Positions 1 to 12,400 of a stretch of DNA of 64,000 nucleotides are shown here, one piece after another. A model generated the notes under the pieces. It saw only the letters and a list, made by a program, of their open reading frames with translations. It was not told the origin of the DNA and searched no databases. How positions within the stretch are numbered: the stretch's first letter is position 1; the number at the start of each line of letters is the position of its first letter. The DNA comes from Tubulanus polymorphus (lineage: Eukaryota; Animalia; Nemertea): positions 5,332,001-5,396,000 of the forward strand of contig NC_134025.1 in NCBI RefSeq assembly GCF_964204645.1. The letters are read 5' to 3'. A program made the translations under genes and the position numbers.

Positions 1-944
1 TGCATGGTCGTGCGCACCTTAGTTATCTAAATAATTCGCCCCCGAAATTAGCTTCGAGACTCCAATCATTTGACAAACCGACCATGAATGATTACCCCAG
101 GCCTAATACAATCAAAAGCCTCAGCAAGTCGCAGTGGCCACGAGCCGAGATCCAATAGGTGGAATCTGTATCCAATCTATTTTACTATTTTTCAAACCCG
201 CACATCTTGCTGCACGCCAGGCGATTCTGTCATACGATCTTGTTTTTTCTTAGGATATTTTGCAACCAACATATTACTGATTAAATTCTATTATCAATAT
301 CTAGAGGACACAGAAAATGAAAAGAAATAGTTTTTTAGAAATACTCTCATCAAATCCTGGCCAATATGTTAGGGCTCTGTGCCGTGGCGATAGATGGGAT
401 TCGAACCTGAACTGTTAATCACGGACGGAGCTAGTCCCCCGAAAAGCCAGACTGACATTTTGTTACATTACGTGTGGAGCCATAAACAATTTTGTTTTAT
501 TTTCCTTGGACCCGAAGAAATACGTTCCTAACGTCTTCAAATACCAAAAGGATCACAGGTTTGAACACACGATAATAGCCTGATATTCCTCCATTTTATT
601 GTTAGGTTAGAAATAGGGTCTTATTGAACATAGTCCAGGGCTTGTCACAACAACAATAGCTAGCTGGGGTCTAAAATCAAAAAATATTCCATCCATAATC
701 CATTTCGATGGAAGAAGAAGAAGTTGAAGACGAAGAATAAGATACTAGACACTATAACAAGGGGGTGGACGTAGTACCACATAAAATTCATTACCTGGAA
801 GAATGATACCTGGAAGAATGTATGAAATATTTGATTTTGGCCCAAGCTATTGCGGCATTAATGTCCCTGAGAAAAGAAATGATGAATTCAATTTATTGCA
901 AATACTGGTTAAAAGGTGACGTACCGGTATCTTCCTTTTTAGAA

Positions 945-2354
945 ATGAATAATGAAAAGCGAAGGAGAGCAAGAGTTCAAGGAGGGTGGTGTCCTCCCAC
1001 AAATGTGCGGTCCGATAAGGATAAACCAAAATCTCAGCCATGCCCAGCATGGACAAATAAGACAGTTGATAATCCACAGAGCAAAAATTTCACATTCGAA
1101 GAACCTGAAGAGGTAATTTGCAATTTGATTGACATATTCTTTATCATTTTTTGTTTTGACAAAAATGATTTGATCTATTCATATTCTGTAGGTAAGAATG
1201 AAGCCACCAGAAAAAGTTTTGAGGTAAATCTTAAAATAGCTGAAGATAATCATAATGCCACTCACTGCAACCGTACTATTTCAGTTGAAAGTATTTCTAT
1301 TGTATTAACTATTCTAGTAAAAGTGGAGTTTATGATCTCAGTGAAACTTCAAATGGGTTATCAAGGTATGATTTGGAAAATGGTGCTTTTCAGAAATACC
1401 GGTTTAAAATAAAAAATCGCTTAAATGTTTGCAATATTATTGAGTATTTTTAGGATTCGTTTATTCACCGATTTTTTTAAATCCGACCAAGCCGATTGGA
1501 TGTTTGAACAGCTCCTCGATGAGCTTCCATGGAAACAACGAAGTCATCGGTTTCAAAGTGAAAAATACTTAGAGCCTCGGTTGACTGCATGGTATGGAGA
1601 ACTTCCATATACATACTCGGGCACAACTCTACAACCAAATCCTGAGGTAAGTCATCTCTAAAACTCATGTACCGGGTTCTGTTATTCAAATACAGAAGGC
1701 TATAAACTGCTTAATTCAGATGATTTGGGACAGATGAAATTGATCGGGTTTATTAGAAATCATATTTCAAATGAAGCGACTAAACGGATTAATTAATTTT
1801 CATATTTTCAGTGGTCACCTGCGCTACAAGTTATCAAACAACAATTAGAAGAGAGAACTGGTTATACTTTTAATTCCATGCTTGCAAATTTATACCGAGA
1901 TGGACATGATAGTATAGATTGGCATTCGGATGATGAAAAATCATTAGGACCAGCACCGGTCATCGCTTCATTGTCATTCGGTGATTCTAGGAATTTTGAG
2001 CTACGAAAGAAACCACCGACGGTCTGTATACACGATTCGAAAAGCATAACGGCAATTCAAAACATTGAATGAATTTCATTTTATAATTCATAATGTAGGC
2101 GGAGAATGGAGACTATACATATATGGAACATGTTAGAGTTCCTGTTACTCATGGCTGTTTGATCATTATGGAAGGAGCTACTCAAGCAGATTGGCAGGTA
2201 TAATTTAAAACATCCGATTAGCTCGATATCGTATATAAGATGTTCTATCTGTAATAGAGATGTATTGTTCTTGCAGCATCGAGTTCCCAAGGAGTATCAC
2301 GACCGTGATCCACGTATCAATCTGACATTTAGAGTAATATACAGTGAATCATAA
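945..2354 (+). CDS. ALKBH3: Alpha-ketoglutarate-dependent dioxygenase AlkB homolog 3 (7 coding exons)
   Basis: Exons 945-1112, 1192-1223, 1318-1365, 1454-1646, 1812-2021, 2099-2197 and 2277-2354 join in frame with GT-AG introns. Protein has MNNEKRRRARVQGGW, PRLTAWYGELPYTYS, NLYRDGHDSIDWHSDDE (HxD iron motif), MEGATQADWQHRVPKEY and RINLTFR, all matching recalled vertebrate ALKBH3. Confidence 0.96.
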
Positions 2355-2815
2355 CATTTATGAAAAAATGTACGTCGTATTATCTATATTGGTCACCTGA
2401 TAGAAATTGCTTTATGGTTTTAGATTTTATGCGCTAAATTATATGGCTAAATTTTCTTAAATTTCATGTACCGGTATGTAAAAAGATCTGTGATAACCTG
2501 ATTAATTATTGAAACAAACTTAATTAACTTTTCAAGGTCAGATGAATCCAATGGGCAATGGGTGTTATTTCATTTTATGTTTCATTATGTTATTTTTTGA
2601 AGCTTTACTATATTTATGCCTTCAATTATCAGAATAAATTAAAGATCTATAGTGAATATGATTGATGTATTTGTCTATTTAATTATCGGTGTTTACTTCA
2701 TGGAGTGACATGTGTTCAATCTGTCAGAATCATGTTGCGTGTTTGTAAACAAATACGGCCGCACGGAAATTAACGAACCAATCCGAAGATCGCGTGCGAT
2801 GTCGCGAACTGTCAG

Positions 2816-2904
2816 TGACGTCACTACCGGGATTTACGAGAATTCCCCTAGCCGAAGTGACAAATGACGTCACTACCGGGAATTACCGGAATTCCCTTAG
2901 CAAC
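2816..2904. promoter_or_regulatory. CCDC81 proximal promoter: duplicated 37-bp module with CRE sites and an RFX X-box-like element
   Basis: Direct repeats at 2816-2852 and 2865-2901 (33/37 identical) each begin with TGACGTCA. ATTCCCTTAGCAAC at 2891-2904 resembles an X-box. The module ends about 120 bp upstream of the ATG. Confidence 0.6.
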
Positions 2905-3020
2905 GTTTATACATGGTTGACACAAATCGAAGGGCATTACTCGATTTACTGAACATAAACTGTATTTAATTCGCCTTCGAAGGCGACGTTGGGGGAAATT
3001 TGGGATTGTATGGCGATAAG

Positions 3021-6000
3021 ATGACCGAAGTTATGCAAGGCTTGGTCCATGAGGCCAAACGGTCAAAATTCTCGACGATTGGACCTGATTTAAGCGAAGA
3101 TGGTAAGATTAAGAATAAAAAAGAACAAAATTAGACCTCTCACACTCAACTCAAGTTAATTAAATGACTGAAACTGACTCATGATGTACGACATGTCGAT
3201 ATAGTATGTGATCCTTTCTCGTAGTCTGATTTTGAGTTGACTTAAAAAACTTTTTCGCAATGAGAAATAGAGGTCTACAATATCTAATTACGTTTCAGAT
3301 GTTGTTCATGTATGGCAAAATGTTTCTGAATTTATTGAAAAGCAGATGTCAAATTCTAAGGTAAATACATTTTCTGAAAGCTTTCTCCACTAAAATGAGA
3401 TGAAGATTGCTTAATGTTTAAATCGATATTCTTTATTGAAGGGTGTACACATTCCAGGACTGGGCACATTCTCCTTCAGCCAAAAGAAACTGGATATTGG
3501 CAACAACAAATACATTCTCATCCAACGACCGTTATTCATGCTTTCCGAAAAATTCGCCCAAACTCATGGTCTTAATAATACAAAGCATCATACTCCAGGT
3601 AAAACCTTTAAGAGTTATACTTTGTAACTTTTTAGCAGGTGAATTAATTTGAGGTGGTTTGACTGAGTTACGCCTATAAACTGCTTACACTCCTATTGTA
3701 CATAGGCCTATAATGTATTTAACTGACTTGTGGCGCTTTTATGAATACCTGTACATACTAGGCTTTAAAGAGTATTGATTGACTACGTTTTATGACCACT
3801 AGTCTACTGTTACTGGTGTTGTCTGTCAATTACCACATTCAAACAAAGAAGATATATTATCAAGTTTACTTGGTCAATCACCTTATCTCACCAGCTTGTT
3901 TATTTAATGTCGCCAATCACTGGACATACTATCAAGCAATATCCAATACAAATAAAGGCTAATGTAATATGAATATTGATGAATATCTTTCTCCCATACA
4001 GGCCAAATACCTATAGTTCAGCTGAACTTCTCTGCGCTAGCTGCTGAGAGTCCTTTCGATAGAGATACAGTTGAAAGTTGTGTAAAAGAAGTATTACTGG
4101 CCCTCAATCGGTCTGTGGCATCAAAACGCAATGTTGAGTTTACATTTAATGGTATTGGTCGTCTTCAACTCAAAGAGTCTAAAGTCAAAATGAAATTCTA
4201 CAAGGAATTTCTGAACAGTATGGACGGCTCTGGTCGATTAGTTGAATCTTTGAAGAATGTAAGTAAACTCGTTGTCACTGATATAGCCTATATGACGGTT
4301 GATAAGATATGGATTTCGAATTGAACCATTAATAAATCATGATGATGTATTGTTGAATAAATTTTCAATTCAGAGACCAGGAACATGTGACTCTGTTATG
4401 ACTGACAGACCACTAACTAGATCTAGCAACAATACTTTAATCCTTCCAAGGTAGGTGATTTGATTTCTTTTTTAAAAATATTAATACTTAAAACCATTTT
4501 CACTAGTTAAAAGGTATCCAATTTCCCATCATTATTTAAGAAGATTCAACATCTGTTGTACCTGTAAAAAATCAAACAGTTTCATAGTAAAATCTATTTT
4601 CTTTAGTAGACCAATGTCAAGCCCCACTATGTAAGTTTTATACTATTTATCATAGTTTGTGTCCTTGCTGTCTGTGATTGAATCTATACTGCATTATATA
4701 TAATAATCCCTTAGTTTTACTCTTAACAACCTTATCTATTTGCTGTTCATATAGTCTTATTCATATCTATTCTGGAAATAATTCCGATTCGACCCTTGGC
4801 TCTCATGTTGAATTTCCCTTCTCAGATTCATGTGGAAATTGATAGAATCTAATATCATCGTTTATAACCTGTTGTAAATCTCCTTAAAAAATGCATGATT
4901 TCATATCCCCGAGAAATGATTTCAATTATAAGGTCGACTTGAAGTTAGATTTGTTCGTAACCGATGATGAATTATTTTTTCTGTTAAGGATCTCGCAAAC
5001 TAATGTAAATGAAGATGGTGTAAAACAACAGACAATGCCCACAATTGATGAAGATACTGAACTTGTGCAGCAAACTGCTGAAATATTTCCTGACAATCTG
5101 GATGATTGCACAGCTCAATTGCTTAATGTTGAGCACGAAGAAACTGATCGACCAGGTATATTGAAATATTAGTGGTCAGACTGCATGTGTATTAGGTATT
5201 TATGTATAAGGATAGACCTATTACAAAAGACCTATTTACAACCCCTTTCTTATTTACTTAACTATATTAATGACCTTAATTGGAAATGTTTTACCTTTAA
5301 ACAACTGAATACGTTCACAAATTCTTAACAGTAAATTGTTATTGTTCTTGAAAATAACATTTGTGTAGAATTATTCAATCCTATCCTCTACCCTATACAG
5401 TCTGAAATTAATTTATTCCTATTTACTTTTGCAGAAAGTCCACAATTGAGCGTAGTTGGAAGTGGCCGAAACTCACGAATGGTTGTTCCAATGGCTCAAG
5501 CAACTGCTGTTAGTCTTAATGATGAGATCATTACTGGTAGAATGTCAAAAGCTAGCATACTCAGCAAATCAAGCCCAGCTCCTTTCATGTTTACTGAGGA
5601 AGGGTAGGTTTGATTTGGTCAGGCAAACAAATTGGTCTGATTGGAAAGCTTTAATTAGGCTCTGTTAAAAATTGGCTGGCCTTTGCTGACATACTCGCAT
5701 GTCGGTAGGAATTCAATTTAGTTCCATTTTAAATATTCATTAATCTTTTCTGTTCACCGAGACATGTTTTCAGACTGGGTTCATTGTCTCGCACGCTATA
5801 TTGTTCATCTAACACCCATCGGGTATGAATAAAACATTCGGTCTAAATTGTTTCCACCCGTGGAAGTTTATATTGAACTCGTTGTCAAGGGATGAATAAT
5901 TTATCTAATTGGCGAGTCCTTATAAAGGAAGGGAAGTCAGAAGTTGTTCAGATAGTTATACAACCATCTCTGTATATGTAGAACCCTGTTGCAAAATATT

Positions 6001-8321
6001 TGTCACAATGTCAATGTTTTTGGATTATGGTTGTGATGGTATATTTGAAAGATCATCTACTTCTTCATCGTTTAAGTTAGTCTGATGATTTTCATGGTAT
6101 CGAAAGTCAGTGGATTTATTTATTATTGTGCTTTTTGTTTTTAGTGGTTTAAAGATTCCTTCTCCACCTGCTGAATTGAAGCCATTACTAACACCGAATC
6201 GACCACGAAGTCTATTAGATGAAACAACACGACCTAAAAGTGACATCGCTCATGGATCTAGATTGTTGCCGCTACCGCCCTCTCCGCCTAAATCGGCGTG
6301 CGGACATAGCAATGCTGGACAAGAGCTGTGTTACTTATGCCATCAACGAGAGAAGAAAAACATTCCAGTATCATTTACGGAAGAAAGGGAACAACGCGAA
6401 AAAGAAGAAGACCGACTTCTGCAACAGTATCAACATCTTCAAGATACTGAAGCTATGTTGAAAGATCAGGCTGAACACGTAGCGAGGAGGCACGAAAATC
6501 AGAAAATGGCTGCTTTTAATCTTGGTGTAGCCGAGGGCAATAAGGATAAGGTCAAACAACGCCCAAATTCATTCTATGTAAGTGCATTGAATAATATGTG
6601 TGCGATAAATATATGATAGGTAGTTTGCATTTGGTGTGATGTTTTTTCTAATTTTTATCTTTTAGTCATCATATATATTCCAAAAGCGTCCACTCACTCC
6701 ACCTCGTTATATTAAACAAGATGAATTGCACAAGATGCTTGGTGGTCAGGTAAGTAAGACTGCATATAAAATGTTGTGCAAGCCATTATTCCATTACAAG
6801 GCAATCGCCTTTCATTCATAAAATCATTGATATTCTAGGTCAATGCCAAGCGTGACAAATTTGTTAAAACGAGGGCTGATGAAAAATTCCTCGAGCGTCT
6901 AGAACAAGTTCAGTTAGCTGAAGAGTAAGTCATTCAATCTACACCAATTCACGTATCTAGGTTTTTCATGGACACGCATTTATATATATGAAATAACCAT
7001 ACATGTACTCATCTAAAATACCATGTACTCATCTAAAATTCTATTGTAGTCTTGCTGCTCAAAGGGAACAATATTTACGCGATAAAGTCGATCAACAAGA
7101 TCAGTACAAAAAAGCATTATCAGCTCAGGTATTTGATAGAACATCATCTCTAAGATTCCTTCTCTTACTCTAATTTCACCATCTCTATGAATCTTTTCCC
7201 CTATGCTTTTATCTAATATCCTTCCTTATAAATGCTTTAATGAGATTTATCCTACAGATTGATATCCGTGATCGGATTCCTCGTCTGCGCCGACTTTCAC
7301 CTCTTAATCTGTCTAATTCACCGACTAACTTTGAAAATAAGCCTCCGGTAATCACTTCGTTATGTGCACTAAGATGTACACCCATTGCATGCCAGTTAGC
7401 TTGCTTGCTTTTCCATATTACTTTTCAATTTATTGTTCATAAGGGAGATGGAAGAATTTTTTGGTTACCAGTTGGTTACCCATGAATAAAATTATAAAAT
7501 AAAATTATCTAAATACTGCTAAACGCTAAGAATTCTGAAGTTTTGGCATTCTTTTCTTTTACTATTCCATCTCTGTTTGAATAAACCATTCTGTTTTATT
7601 TATTCATCTATTTTCCATTTTTAATCAGTTTAAGCCATTTTATTGTATCCTCTAAAATCATTCAAATCGAATCCTTCCATTACATGAGGATCAAATGTAA
7701 CACGAATTTTCGCTTAGCAGCAGGTAAGCATACGAGCATTTTTCATTGTATAATTTCAGCTAAAATTCAAACCATTGCCATTACCCCCCCGCGAATCAGA
7801 TTCCCTAGAACCAATTTTTGGCAAGAATGATGTCAATAATGAGAAACTGCTTGACCAGAGGGCTAGAGCTAATGATCTCTACAAGGAACAACTCGATGTT
7901 GTCGCACAAAGGAAAAGAGAAGCGATTTTAAAACGACTTCAAGATCAAAAAGAGGAAGAAAATGTCCTCAAAAGAACAAAAGATGAGTGAGTATAAGTGA
8001 ACCATTTACGATGTTGTTAATGGAGAAAAATATTTAAATCATCGTCTTGTTTTCAGGCTAAAACAGGATCGCGCAACGCGATTTGACCGCTACTATAGCA
8101 ATCGAAAGAAACTCGAGGCCGATTGGGCGAAATCATACAAGATGAAACTCAATCGCGAACGTGAAGAACGCGAGTACAATTCCACTCCGGGAATACTCGT
8201 CCATGAACAATGTGACAAATACCATCGCTGTCGACAATGCAAGCGCCAGTTAATCAATTGTGGCGAATCAAATATCTGGTGTGACTCTCGATATATTCCT
8301 GGATCACGACTTATCGTGTAA
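3021..8321 (+). CDS. CCDC81: Coiled-coil domain-containing protein 81 (N-terminal HU-like domains; centrosomal/ciliary)
   Basis: Approximate exons: 3021-3102, 3299-3360, 3442-3598, 4002-4258, 4374-4450, (4607-4630), 4989-5155, 5435-5603, 6145-6577, 6666-6749, 6839-6924, 7050-7128, (7258-7347), 7760-7985, 8057-8321. Motifs GVHIPGLGTFSF, IGNNKYILIQRP, NVEFTFNGIGRL..KVKMKFYKEFLNSMDGSG, QELCYLCHQR and C-terminal IWCDSRYIPGSRLIV match CCDC81. Confidence 0.93.
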
Positions 8322-9489
8322 TGCCAAAAACTGTTTGTTGTTTGATTAAAGCTGAATCGTGACTCTATCCACGAAATATTTTAGTTGATTATCAATGGTA
8401 ATTTCACCCAAATTGTGCGTATTAATTTGCAAAAATTTGAACCATTTTCCAATACCTGCTGGAACATGATTGTCCTAATCTGCTGATTATCTTGTTTGTG
8501 TATCATATGAACATGTACATTATTTACATCTGTGATTAAATAAATTTTCATTACGTTTATAAAAAGATTTACATTATTAGTGATACTGAAATGAAGACTG
8601 GAATGCAAGCTATCTGTGATTTATATAAACATATATATTGATTTCGTGTGCAGACATTTTCATTTTTGATGTTTTAATTGTGTTATGAAATAAACTAGAT
8701 CGATTACACTTTATCAATCATTTTCATTTATACAGGCGCATATTGGTGGAATTTGCAACCAGTATGAACATATCACTGTTGTTATTAATAGGTTGATAAT
8801 AAATATTTTAGTGGAAAGTATTAAGTCAATATCTAATTAGCTTGTCTTATTTTGGGACGGATTCAGCTATTTTTAAGGAGATACTTTTACATTAAGAGGA
8901 ATGGTGATTCGCCGCAAATCCAGATATAAAAAATGCAGTAAAGGATAAAGATCATATCGTCCCGAGTTATATATCTCTTGACTTATGAAAACACTGATAC
9001 TAAAATTTAAAGAAACTTATTTATTCATAGCAAATTTTAAGAAAAAGCACGTTTATATAATATGTTATCCATGCATATTTATTAGTACAGCACCTTCTGA
9101 AAAAATTGCAATACACAATATTTATCACATGATCAACAATAACTCATTCGATACAAAGTGTATGAAGAGTATTGCTTCAGTAATACCTAATATTTCCTGC
9201 ATATATGAAAAATATTCATGTATAGAAAATAATGTTTTTTGAAAAGAAAATAATTGAGCTTGAATATTGCATTATCCATATAAAAAACATCTGTTAAAAT
9301 TATGGTACTTAGCGCAGCTATGGTTTGAATAATTATAAGTAAGAATTTAAATATAATCTGTTATCTGAAAGTTGCAGATATTGTATAAAATCATTTAAAG
9401 CACCAACATGATACAAAATTATTACGGGCCTACTACATGAGTGACTTTTTGGCAAGTATGTTCTCTAGAGTACTTATTGACTTACAGGC

Positions 9490-12400
9490 CTAGTAGTATT
9501 GCCAGTCCTCTGAGAAGAATGTTAAGACAAAAATATCGGATTTGTACTTCGGCATTTGCATTTCACGCGGAAATGCTTTGGTCAAACGCATAAGATTTCT
9601 GTATCCACGACCTACAGTCAATATAGCTTCTTTAGCATGATAATTCACTTCTTCAGCAGTGCTACCATTCTGTTTCGGAATTACATCTATGATCGGTATC
9701 GACAGAATTGAGTTGACATAGTTTTCACATCTTGAGTGACATCGAATAGTAGTTATGGGTCTCATGGTATTCTTATCTGCTATGATGATGCAGCCCCAAG
9801 TTGTTCCAATGTATACTTCATTGTAAAGTACATTCAGTGCAGTCACTTGACAATGAGCGGCTGTAAATGAGTTACATATACGGTAAATCTCACTGTAATT
9901 TACTAAGAAAATGACTGTGACAACAAATCAAACAGCCAATACATCATATATACCTTGAAGTCTGCCATTGTTTATGTGTTTCTTAATGATATCTTTATTC
10001 TCAATTGGAATGCATTTCGAGCAATCTAAAACCGCAACCTTCCAACGTCTTGTTCCATCCCAACGGAATACATGGTTTCCTAAAATAGATAAAGTGCCAA
10101 CTCATTATTGGTGTTGTCAAAACTACCATAGAATATAACAGAAATCTGCTGATAATCTCACCACTAGTGGTGAAATATCAGCAGATTTCTGTTATATTCA
10201 AATTTAATTGCTGAAATATAAAGAGAAAATTCTATTAAATTTACCAGGACAAACATACGACCACAGCGATTTGTTATCATCTGGTGAAGAAACGATGAAG
10301 TAACTCTTGACATGCTCATTGATGGGATTGAAATGATTCAAGGTTTTCAATGGCTGTTTCGTATCGTCATAATTCCAGATTTGTATAACTCCTCTATCCT
10401 GCCCACACCATATTTCCAGCCTTAAAATGAAAAATGTGCAACAGTATTATTATACAAAATTACATAAATATTCACTTTTTTCTTTAGAATATGACAGTTA
10501 ATGATGAGATCCCTCCTTGCATCGAAGGTGATTGTATTTCTAGTACTATGGAAGCTCATGTAAATACGATCATTGTTTACAGTACCTTTGTTCCTCAGTA
10601 AATGGAAATACAGCAAGACATAAATTTGGTTTTCTTGTGTCTCCAAATCTCTTTAAAATCGGTTCTTGATCAAGCCACTCTTCAAATAACATACACGCAT
10701 CACCAGAACCAAAGGCATTACAGACAATAAACTGGCCATCTGTCATTGTCAGCAAGACCTGTTGCCGGTCTTTCAAGAACAACATGTTGGTTGCATGATA
10801 GGTAGGGTTTTTGTCGACACTCAATGAAAAAGAAAACTTTTCTTCATATTCCTCAAGACTGAAAATAAAGAATGGTACATTTGAGTACAGGCGGTGACTG
10901 CAGTGAGTGTATATAATCATATAATTTTGAATAAAGCTCAATATGGACCTACCAGTATATAGACAATGTGCCTCTCTGGCTTGCACACCACATATATTCA
11001 TTCACCTGGCACATAGTGCAAACCTTACAGTTTAACTCAGTCAGACTCTGAAAATATATAAGTTACTAAACCAAGCTCATAAAATTATGAAACAGTACGC
11101 TGAGTGGTAGAAAGAAATCCCCATACCAGTATTTATAGGTAACAAGCCAACTTAGTTCTACCTGCTCTGAATCACACAACATATATTCTCAATGAATTTG
11201 AAAGAAGTTACATTACCATAATTGTCCGAGGTTGCTGATTTTCATATGAAATAACTTCCAGAGTATCAGAATTTGAACTTGAGGACGCAAGCCATAAATC
11301 ACTAGTAACATCAAAATCATCATCTAGAAGTCAAATTAAGAAATTGAAAGTACCGTAAAAAGTAGCAGGAATTCTATACAAATAAAATGACCAAGAGACT
11401 AATTTACCATCTGGTAATGTCCTTATGACAGTAACTGCAGAATTGACATCGACTTTTGTGGGGAACGACACAGCTGACATCATGTGACAAAACTGAGGAT
11501 TCTTGGAAATTTGATGAATCTCTTTCGCGGATGGTCTATCATTAGGTTCATCGCACCAACACAGAGCCATCAAATCCAAAATGTGTGTAGGAACATTCCA
11601 GCACTGGAATAAACCCATGTCATCACCTCATTTATATTGACTGCATATCAGTTTGGTTTTTTCTCTTGATACAGTGGCGCAGGAACCGTAGCGACTACAG
11701 CGGCGAAAGCCACGTCAATAATTTACTGAATAACGTTTCTATACTATGTTTTTGACGAAATTTAAGTAAATTCGCTGCAGCAATATTAGGATCTGTAAAA
11801 AAATGGCAATTGGCCGCGGCAATCGAAAATTGCTTCCAATGCCCCTGTGATATTCCACATTTAAACATTACCTTGTTAGATAGAAAAGGTCGAGCATTAT
11901 TCAGTATAGCTGCTTTAGGCTCCTCATTTTCATACGGCTGGCGTAGTGTCAATAGTTCATATATGAACATTCCAAATGAAAAACAATCGACTTTTTCATT
12001 GTAACAGTCTTCACCCATGTGTCTAATGATTTCAGGAGCCATATAACCAGCAGTTCCCGCATAGCCTTTAGAGCTTTGGGTTTGAATAAATCGACTGATA
12101 CCATAATCGGACAGTTTCACACTTACGGCCATCATTGGATCAAAATCCTGATGTGGTAGAGGCATCGACCAAACCATGACATTGCTCGATTTCAAATCAC
12201 GGTGGTGGATACTCTTCGAATGTAGGTATTCCAAAGCAGATGAAATCTGTAACCAGTATTAGAGATCAGTAGACTGAATGCGTTGATGTATTCAAAATGA
12301 CAAAATCGGTAAGAAAATATTTTTCTTTACCTTGATGATTATTTGACTAATAGCAAATACAGGTAAAGATGCGCCATTCCGCATAAAGTTTTTCAGAATG

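Noticed and set aside
18-300. Possible exon of a divergent minus-strand gene (acceptor near 301)
   Set aside because: All ATG-initiated frames stop quickly and no family similarity was recognised. Could be UTR, but cannot be supported.
383-445. tRNA-like GGTTCGAATCCC...CCA on the minus strand
   Set aside because: The T-stem does not pair and no cloverleaf or A box can be built. At most a B-box-like motif or SINE relic.
7718-7723. TTAG-CAGCAG-GTAAGC, a possible 3-6 nt microexon in CCDC81
   Set aside because: The downstream intron would be only 36 nt, shorter than any confident intron in this window.
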